From: a virus
Taxonomy: Duplodnaviria; Caudoviricetes
IMG/VR virus record: IMGVR_UViG_3300020375_000001
Span: 1-64,000 of that record
Strand: one strand, 5' to 3'
DNA: 64,000 bases
Below are positions 8,743 to 17,727 of this stretch, piece after piece. Below the pieces are notes generated by a model. It searched no databases, was not told where the DNA came from, and saw only the letters and a list, made by a program, of their open reading frames with translations. The position numbers and the translations under genes were made by a program. The number at the start of each line of letters is the position of its first letter. Position 1 is the first letter of the stretch.

Positions 8743-11388
8743 ATGTCTGATATAGATAAAGACGCCGTTCTCAAAAGATATGACCCGAACAAGTCCCGTT
8801 TTGATGAATCTACTTTACGTAAGAAATTAGTAGGTGCAGCGAATCAAGCGGAAGGCCGTGCCGTTGACAAACCGGGTTATAAAGTAGACAAAGCGTCAAC
8901 TCAGCGTATTGTCGATGAGACGGCTGAACACATTACGGATGCTAAGTCAGTATTCGAAGTTTTGCCAGATACCAAATTGGCAATGGACATTCTGGTGTCC
9001 TGCATCATGTCCCCTAACGACATGATTTCTAATGAGCTGTTGTTCCGTATGCGTGACAACACCAGCGACGATGAATTAAACGGTGCGTTACTTCAGGTAG
9101 TGAAAGAGTATTTCACAGAAGAACTTGACTTGGCTAAGATGTGTGTTCCTGCATTGGAAGATATGTTGTTCAAGACAGGGAGCTACCCGGTTATTGCTGT
9201 GCCGCGCTCAGGTATAGATGCCATCATCAATGGTGACTCGGTGTCTACCGAGGCATTGGCTGAAGAATTCACCGATGACATGACCATTAAGAACATTGGC
9301 TATCTTTCGCCGTTAGGTGGGGCTGGTGATAAAGAAGGTGATAAAGTAACTACCTCTTTAGAATCATGGGCATCTGATTTAAGTCAGAACCGCGACCCCA
9401 TTAAGGTTGGTGAGTTTTTGACTCTGGTCGATAACCCAACTGTATTGAAGCAGCCGCTGCTTCAAGAACGTATTCGTGAAGAACGTAGCCGTAACCTTTT
9501 GGATACGATGAACTTCCTTCATAGCCAAAAAGTCTCGGTAGAAGATGCCAATGGGGACAAAAAGGAAGAGCAGGTTGTTCTGTATAATAAACGGAAATTT
9601 AAGACTACTCCGTTTATGGAACTGATGGACTGTAAAGAAGTTGGTAATGAAGAGCCTATCTTCTTCCATCCGCCTTCAGAATCAATCATCCCCATTAACG
9701 TTCCTGGCGATGTAACCCGCAAGGTTGGCTACTTTGTGGTCTTGGATGGGACAGGTAACCCGGTAAGCATTGCATCTAGCAAGAAGCACTGGGACCGTTT
9801 AAAGAGTCAGTCCATCGACAATGGCAATAGCAGCGAGATTAATCGCATCAGGGAACAACTGTTTGGTCAAGATGAACACAAGGACATTAAGACCGTCAGA
9901 GAGCTCCACAAGGCTTATGTGACGCACTTAGAGCGTAAGCTACACACTTCCCTTCGTAACGGTATTCATGGCGATGAGGTTGAGGTGGAGTTCAATGGCG
10001 ACGCAGAAATGCTGATGCTGTCCCGTGCCCTTGGACGCATGAAGACCCAGCTTCTTTATATCCCTAAAGAACTGATGGTTTACATGGCTTTTGACTATAA
10101 CGAGTTGGGTGTGGGTAAATCATTGCTGGAGTCAACGAAGATTATTTCTTCAATGCGTGCAATGTTATTGCTGGCAAATACTCAAGCAGGTATGCGTAAC
10201 TCAACCCCCGGTACATTACTGGATATCGAGTTAGACCCGCTGGATAAAGACCCAGACTCCACCATTGAGAAAATCCTTGCGTTGCGTGAACAGGCCAACA
10301 TGGGTTCTTATCCGTTAGGTAACATGGACCTGACCAACATTGCTAACTCTATCAATCGTTCTAATATTCAGGTCACGGTATCAAACCACCCTGCGTATCC
10401 ACAAACGAAGGTAAAGAGTGAAGACGTCGCCCGTTCAGTGTCCAAAGTTGACACCGAATTGGAAGATGGATTACGTGAACGTCACCATCAGGGCTGGGGT
10501 GTTACTCCAGAGATGATTGACGCTACTCGTGAAACTGACTTTGCAGCCAACGTCATTATGTCTAACAAGTTGTTTGTAAAACGTGTATGTTCGTATCAGT
10601 CTGTGTTTACCGACTACTTAACTGACATTGCCCGTTTGTTCACACGACTGTCTCCAAAGATACAATCTACTCTTATTGAAAAGGTTCAAGAAGACAAGAT
10701 TAAAGTTGAAGGGGATATTGGTGAAGCCATCAACGAGTTCTTGGATAACTTTGAAGTACAGCTACCTTCTCCTGATTCATCTAAAGTCATGACGCAGATG
10801 GAAGAACTACAGCAGTACATCAGTATTCTTGATATGGCGATGGAGGCATACTTCTCGCAAGACATCATGGATATGGTGGTTGACTCTGACTTGGATGATT
10901 CAATCCTGTCTACCCAATCTGCAATTCGTGCTTACTTTATTCGTAACTGGATGCGTAATAATAACGTACTGCCAGAAATCGAAGCTTTGTTTGTGGAAGA
11001 TAATGGGGAATCAATCCTCGACCAACATACGGAGTTTGTAACTGGTATTCTGAAAATGATGTCTGAGAAGATGTTGAAGACGACCAAGGTAGGACGTAAG
11101 CATGAGCGCGACGCGGAGAAGGCTATCACTAAGGAAGAAGAAGAAATCGCTAAGAAGGAAGAAGAGGAACGTCGCGCTGAAGAGCAACGACTTGCCGACG
11201 AGCAAGGCGGAGACGATGACTTGACCGATGAAACCGGTGGGGATGACTTAACTGGTGGTGAGGATGAAACCGCACCTACCGATGACAGCACTGACCTAAC
11301 TGGTGACGGTACAGATACTACCAATACACCTGAAGATGATGGGGTACCCCCTGAAGACGACGGTACCGGTGGTTTCGATTTCCCTTAG
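8743..11388 (+). CDS. Portal protein (phiKZ gp129-like) with acidic low-complexity C-terminal tail
   Basis: 881 aa, synteny, SxE protease-like sites (VSTE, TSLE, VSVE), AAGGAG SD. Confidence 0.75.
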   Translation: MSDIDKDAVLKRYDPNKSRFDESTLRKKLVGAANQAEGRAVDKPGYKVDKASTQRIVDETAEHITDAKSVFEVLPDTKLAMDILVSCIMSPNDMISNELLFRMRDNTSDDELNGALLQVVKEYFTEELDLAKMCVPALEDMLFKTGSYPVIAVPRSGIDAIINGDSVSTEALAEEFTDDMTIKNIGYLSPLGGAGDKEGDKVTTSLESWASDLSQNRDPIKVGEFLTLVDNPTVLKQPLLQERIREERSRNLLDTMNFLHSQKVSVEDANGDKKEEQVVLYNKRKFKTTPFMELMDCKEVGNEEPIFFHPPSESIIPINVPGDVTRKVGYFVVLDGTGNPVSIASSKKHWDRLKSQSIDNGNSSEINRIREQLFGQDEHKDIKTVRELHKAYVTHLERKLHTSLRNGIHGDEVEVEFNGDAEMLMLSRALGRMKTQLLYIPKELMVYMAFDYNELGVGKSLLESTKIISSMRAMLLLANTQAGMRNSTPGTLLDIELDPLDKDPDSTIEKILALREQANMGSYPLGNMDLTNIANSINRSNIQVTVSNHPAYPQTKVKSEDVARSVSKVDTELEDGLRERHHQGWGVTPEMIDATRETDFAANVIMSNKLFVKRVCSYQSVFTDYLTDIARLFTRLSPKIQSTLIEKVQEDKIKVEGDIGEAINEFLDNFEVQLPSPDSSKVMTQMEELQQYISILDMAMEAYFSQDIMDMVVDSDLDDSILSTQSAIRAYFIRNWMRNNNVLPEIEALFVEDNGESILDQHTEFVTGILKMMSEKMLKTTKVGRKHERDAEKAITKEEEEIAKKEEEERRAEEQRLADEQGGDDDLTDETGGDDLTGGEDETAPTDDSTDLTGDGTDTTNTPEDDGVPPEDDGTGGFDFP

Positions 11389-11407
11389 TAGGTAATTCTA
11401 TTAAGTC

Positions 11408-11448
11408 GGCATAAACAGGGGTTCCCGAAGGAACCCCTACTTATGTCG
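11408..11448. terminator. Bidirectional hairpin flanked by TTATGYCG on both strands
   Basis: CGGCATAA-AGGGGTTCC cgaa GGAACCCCT-TTATGTCG between convergent genes. Confidence 0.7.
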
Positions 11449-11486
11449 TTCAGCATCCACCAAGCAAATACCCAGAAGGTAGGCGA

Positions 11487-11774
11487 TTAGTAAATGAGGA
11501 TAACACCTTTATCTGTACGGACACGACCGGCAGGCACGTTAGGCTTGCTAGAGCGTTCCATAGCAAATGAATGGAAGCCACCAGCACTAAGTGCTTTAAC
11601 GTTAGATACGTTACGGGTACCGTCTTCATTCAACAGGAAGTTTGTGATGCCCGAGGTAAGACCCGGCCACATTTGGTCAACGTAGGCTGTATCAACCTCG
11701 CCATCCGCTTTCATGGGTAGGTTAGTATCGGCGTTAATTTCGCCTAACTTCGCTACGATTTCTTCAAGTAACAT
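11487..11774 (-). CDS. Hypothetical protein
   Basis: 95 aa, GGAG SD. Confidence 0.75.
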   Translation of the reverse strand: MLLEEIVAKLGEINADTNLPMKADGEVDTAYVDQMWPGLTSGITNFLLNEDGTRNVSNVKALSAGGFHSFAMERSSKPNVPAGRVRTDKGVILIY

Positions 11775-11811
11775 TACGTTTACTCCAGATTGTGCATAAG
11801 GGCAGTTTCAG

Positions 11812-11859
11812 AAAAAAAGAAGTCACGAGTCAGCGTGACCTTGAGCGTTCAGGACTAGC
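11812..11859 (-). ncRNA. Candidate ~48-nt sRNA or attenuator
   Basis: TATATTATG start motif, then GTCACG-6nt-CGTGAC and TTCTTTTTTT. Confidence 0.35.
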
Positions 11860-11937
11860 ATAATATAGGATAAAAAGGTACACTTTTAATAGCACTAAAA
11901 AGGCAGGGTCCAACTACACTATATAGGTAAATTAAGA

Positions 11938-11970
11938 CAAAAAAATAAAGGGGTGTAACCCCCTTTATTT
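11938..11970 (-). terminator. Intrinsic terminator (poly-U type)
   Basis: AAATAAAGGGG-tgtaa-CCCCTTTATTT with long T run on the minus strand. Confidence 0.8.
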
Positions 11971-11986
11971 ATTCTGTTACTGAACC

Positions 11987-14221
11987 TTACACTTTAGTAA
12001 ATGTGTAGGTCTTAGCAACAGGTACCAGCTTCGCAACATTGTAAACAACGCCATCTGCAAGACGCAGTTGGAAGTTACTGATGTTGGTCTTAACCAGACG
12101 CTCGAAGATTGCCAACACTGCTTCATGCAATTCGGCATGTGCAGTATCTTGTACGTAGAACATATCATCACTCTTAGCAGTAATGTTAAGTTCCGCCAGT
12201 GTGTACGGCAGTGTTAGCGTATAACGCTCACGTTCCAGAAGAACTAACGAATCAGTCTTCTTAGGAATCCCGTCACCCAACGCCTTCAACGCATCTTCAC
12301 GCACAGAGTCTGGAACAACGCGAATGTTGTTTGCCATGATATAGCTTAATTCAGACAACCACATTGCAGCCAGCTTTTCAGAACGGTTTGCTTTCAGATA
12401 GTCGTATACTTCTACAACATCATCAAAGTCTTCGATTTGCATTTCCGCATCCAGCTTTGCTTTCAGGGTAAAGTTCACATCTTTTAGGATGTTTACTGAT
12501 ACCGCCAATTGCATTGGACGTGGTAATGTTTCCAACTCATCGATGTACGCCGTTAGATTCTCAGAGGTATGTGCTACCATACGAGAGAACACAGTACGGT
12601 CAAAGTCTTCTGGTACAACAAATGGAACAACTACTTTGTCATACACTTCGATAGACTTATCTGTGTCGGTGTACGTCTGCGCTTTGATGCTTGCAGCTAC
12701 ATACTCACTGGTTTCCAGCGACGAGTACGTGGCTTTGGTTACATCGACCGTTACACCGTGCTTAGTTACCATACCTTCGTCAGCGACGCGTTGAATAGGT
12801 TTAGCTAAATTAGCCGCCTGTACATGGTGCTTCGGATTGGCTGGTGTAACCGGGCCGTGCAAAATATGCTTCATGTAATCCATGTCTGCATCTCCTTCTG
12901 TTATTGGAGCGATTTTAGAAACCAACTTCTCAAGTTCGTAGTCGGCGTAAATGTAATCTACAAGAATGGTGCTGCCACCATACGCCAGCTTCTCAGCTAA
13001 CGCGTTCTCACCAGAGAGTGATTCTACAGGTAGCTCGGTTTGACCGTGCGGTTGAACCAGGATGTTATTGTGTTGCCCAGTTAAGATGCTTGCCATTGGC
13101 AAACGCTCACCGTATACACCTTCAGCCATTGCCCGCAGTACCGGACAACCTATATCACTCACCGCTGGACCTACGTTAGTTGATGAGGTTAACGCATCGG
13201 TTATATTTACGTCGTGTGACATAGCTGAACTCCCTGATTTATTGTTTGCAGTATCTAATACATCTAATGGACTCTCGTCTTGTTGATTACTAACCTTCCA
13301 CTCATCTTGAGGCAGCAGCTCTTCCAGAGGAGACTTACCTACAGTCTTCTGTGTTTCTGCCGCCAGTTGTTGAGTAGACTTACCTGTCCAACCACCCGAT
13401 TGGTTAGTGGCACCGCGAGGACTCCAGTCAGTATCCGACTTTTCCTCTACGTCACCTTTACCAATAACTGTTGAACGTTCTAACGCAGTGTTAAGCGTAC
13501 GAATACCAGCCTGATTAACCGTTGGCGCTGCTTTTCTATCATTGCTGAAGAAACCAGAACGATTAGTCCCGCTAACATGTTGTTGTTGCTGTCCCCAAGT
13601 AGAACCGCTTTGGTTACCTGAGTAAGCCGCCCGCTTTTGTTGCCACGCATTACCTTGTTGGCCGAAACTAGATTGCTGTGGTTGACTATTGCCCCAACCA
13701 CCACTGTTTCCAAATCCACCGCCTTGCTGGAAGCCACGGCTAGCACCAAAGTTATTACCACCGCCAATTAACTGCTGCGCACGCTGTGCCCATTCCTGAG
13801 CACGTTGTTGCATTTGAGGTGGTAGGTACTGCGAAGCAAACTGAACGTTTTCACTCCAACGCATTGCTGCGTCCATTTCCAACATTGGTAATACCAAGTC
13901 TTCTTGCATCCGATTAACGGCAACGTTGCGCTGTTGAGCCTGTTGACATGAACGTGCAACCAGACGTGCGTAATCACCGTTTTGGAAGTTGTTGTTACTC
14001 AGTATATTCCATGAAGGAATGAAGTAAGGGTCTTCTAAGACCACGTTTTGTAGTACCCAACGCGTCATCCAATATAGACCTGTAAACAACTCTGGGTTAT
14101 CTACCTGTACTGAGGATGGTGGCGTGATGGGGGAGCCGTAATCCGGCTCACTGTTCAATGCACTTTGCTGATTTGTAATCTGCGTGTACATTTGGGTATT
14201 CTGATTACCTTGATTAAACAT
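11987..14221 (-). CDS. Conserved-position hypothetical protein with Q/G/N/S-rich low-complexity region
   Basis: 744 aa, downstream of nvRNAP beta-N; AATAAAAGGAAA RBS. Confidence 0.8.
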   Translation of the reverse strand: MFNQGNQNTQMYTQITNQQSALNSEPDYGSPITPPSSVQVDNPELFTGLYWMTRWVLQNVVLEDPYFIPSWNILSNNNFQNGDYARLVARSCQQAQQRNVAVNRMQEDLVLPMLEMDAAMRWSENVQFASQYLPPQMQQRAQEWAQRAQQLIGGGNNFGASRGFQQGGGFGNSGGWGNSQPQQSSFGQQGNAWQQKRAAYSGNQSGSTWGQQQQHVSGTNRSGFFSNDRKAAPTVNQAGIRTLNTALERSTVIGKGDVEEKSDTDWSPRGATNQSGGWTGKSTQQLAAETQKTVGKSPLEELLPQDEWKVSNQQDESPLDVLDTANNKSGSSAMSHDVNITDALTSSTNVGPAVSDIGCPVLRAMAEGVYGERLPMASILTGQHNNILVQPHGQTELPVESLSGENALAEKLAYGGSTILVDYIYADYELEKLVSKIAPITEGDADMDYMKHILHGPVTPANPKHHVQAANLAKPIQRVADEGMVTKHGVTVDVTKATYSSLETSEYVAASIKAQTYTDTDKSIEVYDKVVVPFVVPEDFDRTVFSRMVAHTSENLTAYIDELETLPRPMQLAVSVNILKDVNFTLKAKLDAEMQIEDFDDVVEVYDYLKANRSEKLAAMWLSELSYIMANNIRVVPDSVREDALKALGDGIPKKTDSLVLLERERYTLTLPYTLAELNITAKSDDMFYVQDTAHAELHEAVLAIFERLVKTNISNFQLRLADGVVYNVAKLVPVAKTYTFTKV

Positions 14222-14265
14222 CGGCGTTTCCTTTTATTTTATCAGAAAGAGTTTCATTTGTTTCG

Positions 14266-15924
14266 TTAGTCGCGTTGAACGACCTTTTCCATTTCGCGCA
14301 GAACTGGTTCATGGCGAGCTGGGATTTTGATTACATCAGTTGCATCTAGTTCGATGTACGGGTTAATACAATCACGTCCAGTCGGGTTGGACTTAGGTTG
14401 ATTGAGGTAACTCGCGACAGCCATCTGACTTGAGTGCAGGACCAATTGCGGGTCGTACTCTGTAGTATCCGAACTGTATCCATCATTAGCTTTGGTTTGC
14501 TGAACGATGTTACTGGTTATCTTCAAGAACATGTTGTCGCCGGAGATTTGATGCGTAGCTGTTTCGCCATGCTTCTCCCCGTTAATCTTAAAGATTGCAT
14601 CGTACTTCAACGTTTTACTCAACGTATCGTTGATTGAGTCGAATGTTAACGTACGTTTGTCGGGTGCTAGTTTGTACATCGCCATAAAGATGCTGTACGT
14701 AATATCAAACAGCAGGTAACTAAGAATGATTAGGTTCTTGTTAAACATACTGGAGATACCAAGCAAAGCAGTCGAGTCGTCTACATTACCACGGCGTGAA
14801 CGCATCAGTGCGCCCATGTTAGAGATAATGTAGTGGAACAACTCCCATACGTTCGACACGTGTATATCCGCGCGTCGGAAGCGTTGGATAGATAGTTCAT
14901 CCACGTACTCTGACAACGAGGCCATGTGAACATCCATCTCATTTGCAAGTTTACCTTCAGAGCGCTGGTTCTTGATAATACGACCAAGAGCTAAACGCCA
15001 CATACGTGCATCATCCAATTCCTCTAACACCACTTCCGCTGGAAGGTGGTCAGCAACGTAGAAGAACGAAGCAATGTAATCACGTACAACTTCGCTAAAG
15101 TCTGACTTGCGAATGACAAGACGGATTGTACAATTCTCGTAAGTCTGAGAACGACGAGCGCCTTTAGGTCGCGTACCCTGGAATGAGTGTAGCGATGAGA
15201 ATATGTACCATTTATCCTCCGGATACATCTTGTTGTTAATTTCATCAGGGGTACCGGCAATAACATCAATTCCACAGAACTGACGCATTGTTTCGGTAAA
15301 CCCGAACTGGGCGAACATATAGTGAATAATCGAGACGTCGCATTTTACTGCATTAGGACCTTTGGCCTTATCGTCACCGTTATTATATATGCGTGAAGTT
15401 ACGACGGCTCCATGGTTTTGCATAACACCGTTTACCATGAAACTGTGGCTTGCACGTTCAAAGTTTAATTTCGCACGGGTCAGTGGTATGAACAACCCAC
15501 TTTCCTCAATTGAGATGGCTTTGTCGGCAATAACTGGACTCACGAAGTAACGAGTACCTTTAATACGTATACTTCCACCTGGGCCTACGGCTGGCAGAAA
15601 CATGTACTTAGGCGGGAGTGGTCTAGGACCCGTTCCGTCGTTATACGAGAACAGAAATTTGACAAGGTATACATCAGACTCAGATAACTCAATCTGATGA
15701 CGGCCATAACGTTTGCGCGTAAGTTCGTTAAACTCTTCACGAGGTGTACAACGCACGACATCTTCAAAAACCAATCCTTGGGGAAAGGATTTGCTGGCAC
15801 ACTTCATCACGCCCTTGATGTAGGACATTGATTCTTTAAGGTGTTCAACGGCGAGACCTCTGCAAACCCGTTCATTGAACTTAGGAAGTTCTGCGTGTAT
15901 CGCATCGAAAAGATTATTATCCAC
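14266..15924 (-). CDS. rpoB: Non-virion RNAP beta subunit, N-terminal part (phiKZ gp123-like); GTG start at 15924
   Basis: FLPAVGPGGSIRIKGTRYFVSPV beta-like motif; synteny near MCP; AGGAG SD. Confidence 0.75.
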   Translation of the reverse strand: MDNNLFDAIHAELPKFNERVCRGLAVEHLKESMSYIKGVMKCASKSFPQGLVFEDVVRCTPREEFNELTRKRYGRHQIELSESDVYLVKFLFSYNDGTGPRPLPPKYMFLPAVGPGGSIRIKGTRYFVSPVIADKAISIEESGLFIPLTRAKLNFERASHSFMVNGVMQNHGAVVTSRIYNNGDDKAKGPNAVKCDVSIIHYMFAQFGFTETMRQFCGIDVIAGTPDEINNKMYPEDKWYIFSSLHSFQGTRPKGARRSQTYENCTIRLVIRKSDFSEVVRDYIASFFYVADHLPAEVVLEELDDARMWRLALGRIIKNQRSEGKLANEMDVHMASLSEYVDELSIQRFRRADIHVSNVWELFHYIISNMGALMRSRRGNVDDSTALLGISSMFNKNLIILSYLLFDITYSIFMAMYKLAPDKRTLTFDSINDTLSKTLKYDAIFKINGEKHGETATHQISGDNMFLKITSNIVQQTKANDGYSSDTTEYDPQLVLHSSQMAVASYLNQPKSNPTGRDCINPYIELDATDVIKIPARHEPVLREMEKVVQRD

Positions 15925-16017
15925 CTTAAATCTCCTGTTATTTTTTAATAATTCAGTATGGATATTTATTACATAAACAACCACTCTATTATAAAAGAGT
16001 GTAGTGTAATATTTAAC

Positions 16018-17247
16018 TTATTTGAATGCTTTCCAAAGACCAACACCAATGGTTACCACGCTTGCGACGTATTTCAACCAAGTACTGGTATCTTCTCTGG
16101 CATCACTTCTTTTCGCGCTGGCTTCTTTGATTTCAGCAAGCTTCAAATCCAACTCCTTCTTCTCTTTAGCAGAATCCAGAGACTGCATTTGTAGTTTTTG
16201 TTCTAACGCCTCCTTCTCCTGACGTAGTTTAGTTCTCTCGTCATCAAACTTGTCATGCAATTCTGATAACGCCCGTTTCTCATTCTCCAATGCATCCAAC
16301 TCCATCTGACCGATGATGTTTTGACTGGTTGCATTATCTGCCTCAGTAGCCGTCTTAAAGATAGGTATCTCGTGCCAAAATTTAGTCACCCCTAACTCTT
16401 TATCCGTTACCGGTACTGGTACTATCGGTCTGTCCCCATCTCTAACGAAGCGATAAACGCCTGTAGGGAGCTGATGGTTTCTTACCAGAGGCAGTGTTCG
16501 TGTTCTATTACAAATACGAACGTAGTAGTTCTGAGGTCGTTCTCCTTCGTTCCAATTTACAAAAGCTCCAAACGTAATACCCTTACCATAACTGCGACCT
16601 TCAATCTTAGCAATGGCATCTGGATGGTATGGAGCATCCAAGTAGTTAGTAATTTTAGTGATAAACAAATTCAATTCTGAAATGTACAACGTGTCTTCGT
16701 TGGCGAATTCTGAACTGTAAATCACCGATTCCCAATCGCAGAGTTTTTGGCTCTGCACCCCACCAGTATCTCTCCACCCTTCAGTAATTGCTCTTGCGAA
16801 CATTCTTTCCGATATTAAGGAAGGAATATCTTCAGGGGTTGTTTTACTTGCCACCGTAACGCTATTAGCTGCAGTGTATCTACAGGCAATAGTAAATGTG
16901 CCAGTTATATTTGTTGCATCGTAGGGAATCCTCCAGTACATTCCTTTTGAATCAAATATAACCACGTCATAGCCCAAGCCATTGAAATACTTTGTCCGCT
17001 CCTCAAGCGAGCACGGACGCTGTCCAAGCGAATTAGAAAAGTATCCCTTAGCGGAAGCCTCTTCATTGGACAGTACTCTAACTGCGCCAGTCATGGCCGC
17101 ATTTTCGGTTACAGTGGGACAAGCGTCATTGTGCGGGATATACTCCTGCGCCAATTCTACTTGCGGTGCTGATTGGGGTATCGTCTTACTAACAGTAGGT
17201 TGTTTCCACCATGGCGGACTCGTGGTCACCGTAGTAGAGCGATGCAT
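16018..17247 (-). CDS. Hypothetical protein with C-terminal coiled coil and hydrophobic anchor (gp122-like position)
   Basis: 409 aa; ends WLKYVASVVTIGVGLWKAFK. Confidence 0.75.
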   Translation of the reverse strand: MHRSTTVTTSPPWWKQPTVSKTIPQSAPQVELAQEYIPHNDACPTVTENAAMTGAVRVLSNEEASAKGYFSNSLGQRPCSLEERTKYFNGLGYDVVIFDSKGMYWRIPYDATNITGTFTIACRYTAANSVTVASKTTPEDIPSLISERMFARAITEGWRDTGGVQSQKLCDWESVIYSSEFANEDTLYISELNLFITKITNYLDAPYHPDAIAKIEGRSYGKGITFGAFVNWNEGERPQNYYVRICNRTRTLPLVRNHQLPTGVYRFVRDGDRPIVPVPVTDKELGVTKFWHEIPIFKTATEADNATSQNIIGQMELDALENEKRALSELHDKFDDERTKLRQEKEALEQKLQMQSLDSAKEKKELDLKLAEIKEASAKRSDAREDTSTWLKYVASVVTIGVGLWKAFK

Positions 17248-17288
17248 ACTGCCCCCTTTATTTTAACAGTGGTTGTCGTAGCACGATA

Positions 17289-17305
17289 ATAATATATCTT
17301 TGAAA
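17289..17305 (-). promoter_or_regulatory. Early (virion RNAP-type) promoter
   Basis: TTTCAAAGATATATTAT, identical to 63477-63493; resembles the phiKZ early TATATTAC consensus. Confidence 0.65.
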
Positions 17306-17319
17306 ATATTTTGATAAGA

Positions 17320-17347
17320 CGGCATAAGTGGGAGGCTACAGCCTCCC
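17320..17347 (-). terminator. Hairpin + TTATGCCGTCT element
   Basis: GGGAGGC-4nt-GCCTCCC then TTATGCCGTCTTA. Confidence 0.65.
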
Positions 17348-17352
17348 TTCAT

Positions 17353-17679
17353 TTATATCTCTGGTGAAATACGAGCAACTGTTTTACCGTGGTCGTTAAT
17401 AAAGTAGGCATTGCCTTCCATACTAAACCCCATCCAGTTGGCACCGTCCCCAACGGTATCTATCATTACTCTCTTAATGGGACGGTCGGTTAGTTCGGTA
17501 TCCACCACAACCTTAGCTCGCTTACATTCAACAAGCTCAAAGGTTTTTTTCATATCAGAATCGGAGCCTTCGAGGCTATCCATTAATTTAACAAACACAG
17601 TAGTTATCCTAGTAGTAGTATTAGTAGTACCACATTGGTACATAAATAGTGTTGGGTATGTAAAATATCTAGACGGCAT
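17353..17679 (-). CDS. Small hypothetical protein (true start probably downstream of track start)
   Basis: The 5' part of the track ORF overlaps the MCP terminator. Confidence 0.45.
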   Translation of the reverse strand: MPSRYFTYPTLFMYQCGTTNTTTRITTVFVKLMDSLEGSDSDMKKTFELVECKRAKVVVDTELTDRPIKRVMIDTVGDGANWMGFSMEGNAYFINDHGKTVARISPEI

Positions 17680-17705
17680 AAACAGGAGAGCCGAAGCCCT
17701 CCTGT
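17674..17705 (-). terminator. MCP terminator: hairpin + TTATGCCGTCTAGA
   Basis: CAGGAG..CTCCTG hairpin just after the MCP stop. Confidence 0.65.
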
Positions 17706-17727
17706 CTACTTAGTAGCGAACTACCGA

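Noticed and set aside
11200-11388. DDLT-type acidic repeats at the portal C-terminus
   Set aside because: Ordinary low-complexity coding tail, not a DNA repeat element
17610-17630. (TAG)n-like microsatellite
   Set aside because: Short and imperfect, with no spacer structure; not CRISPR-like
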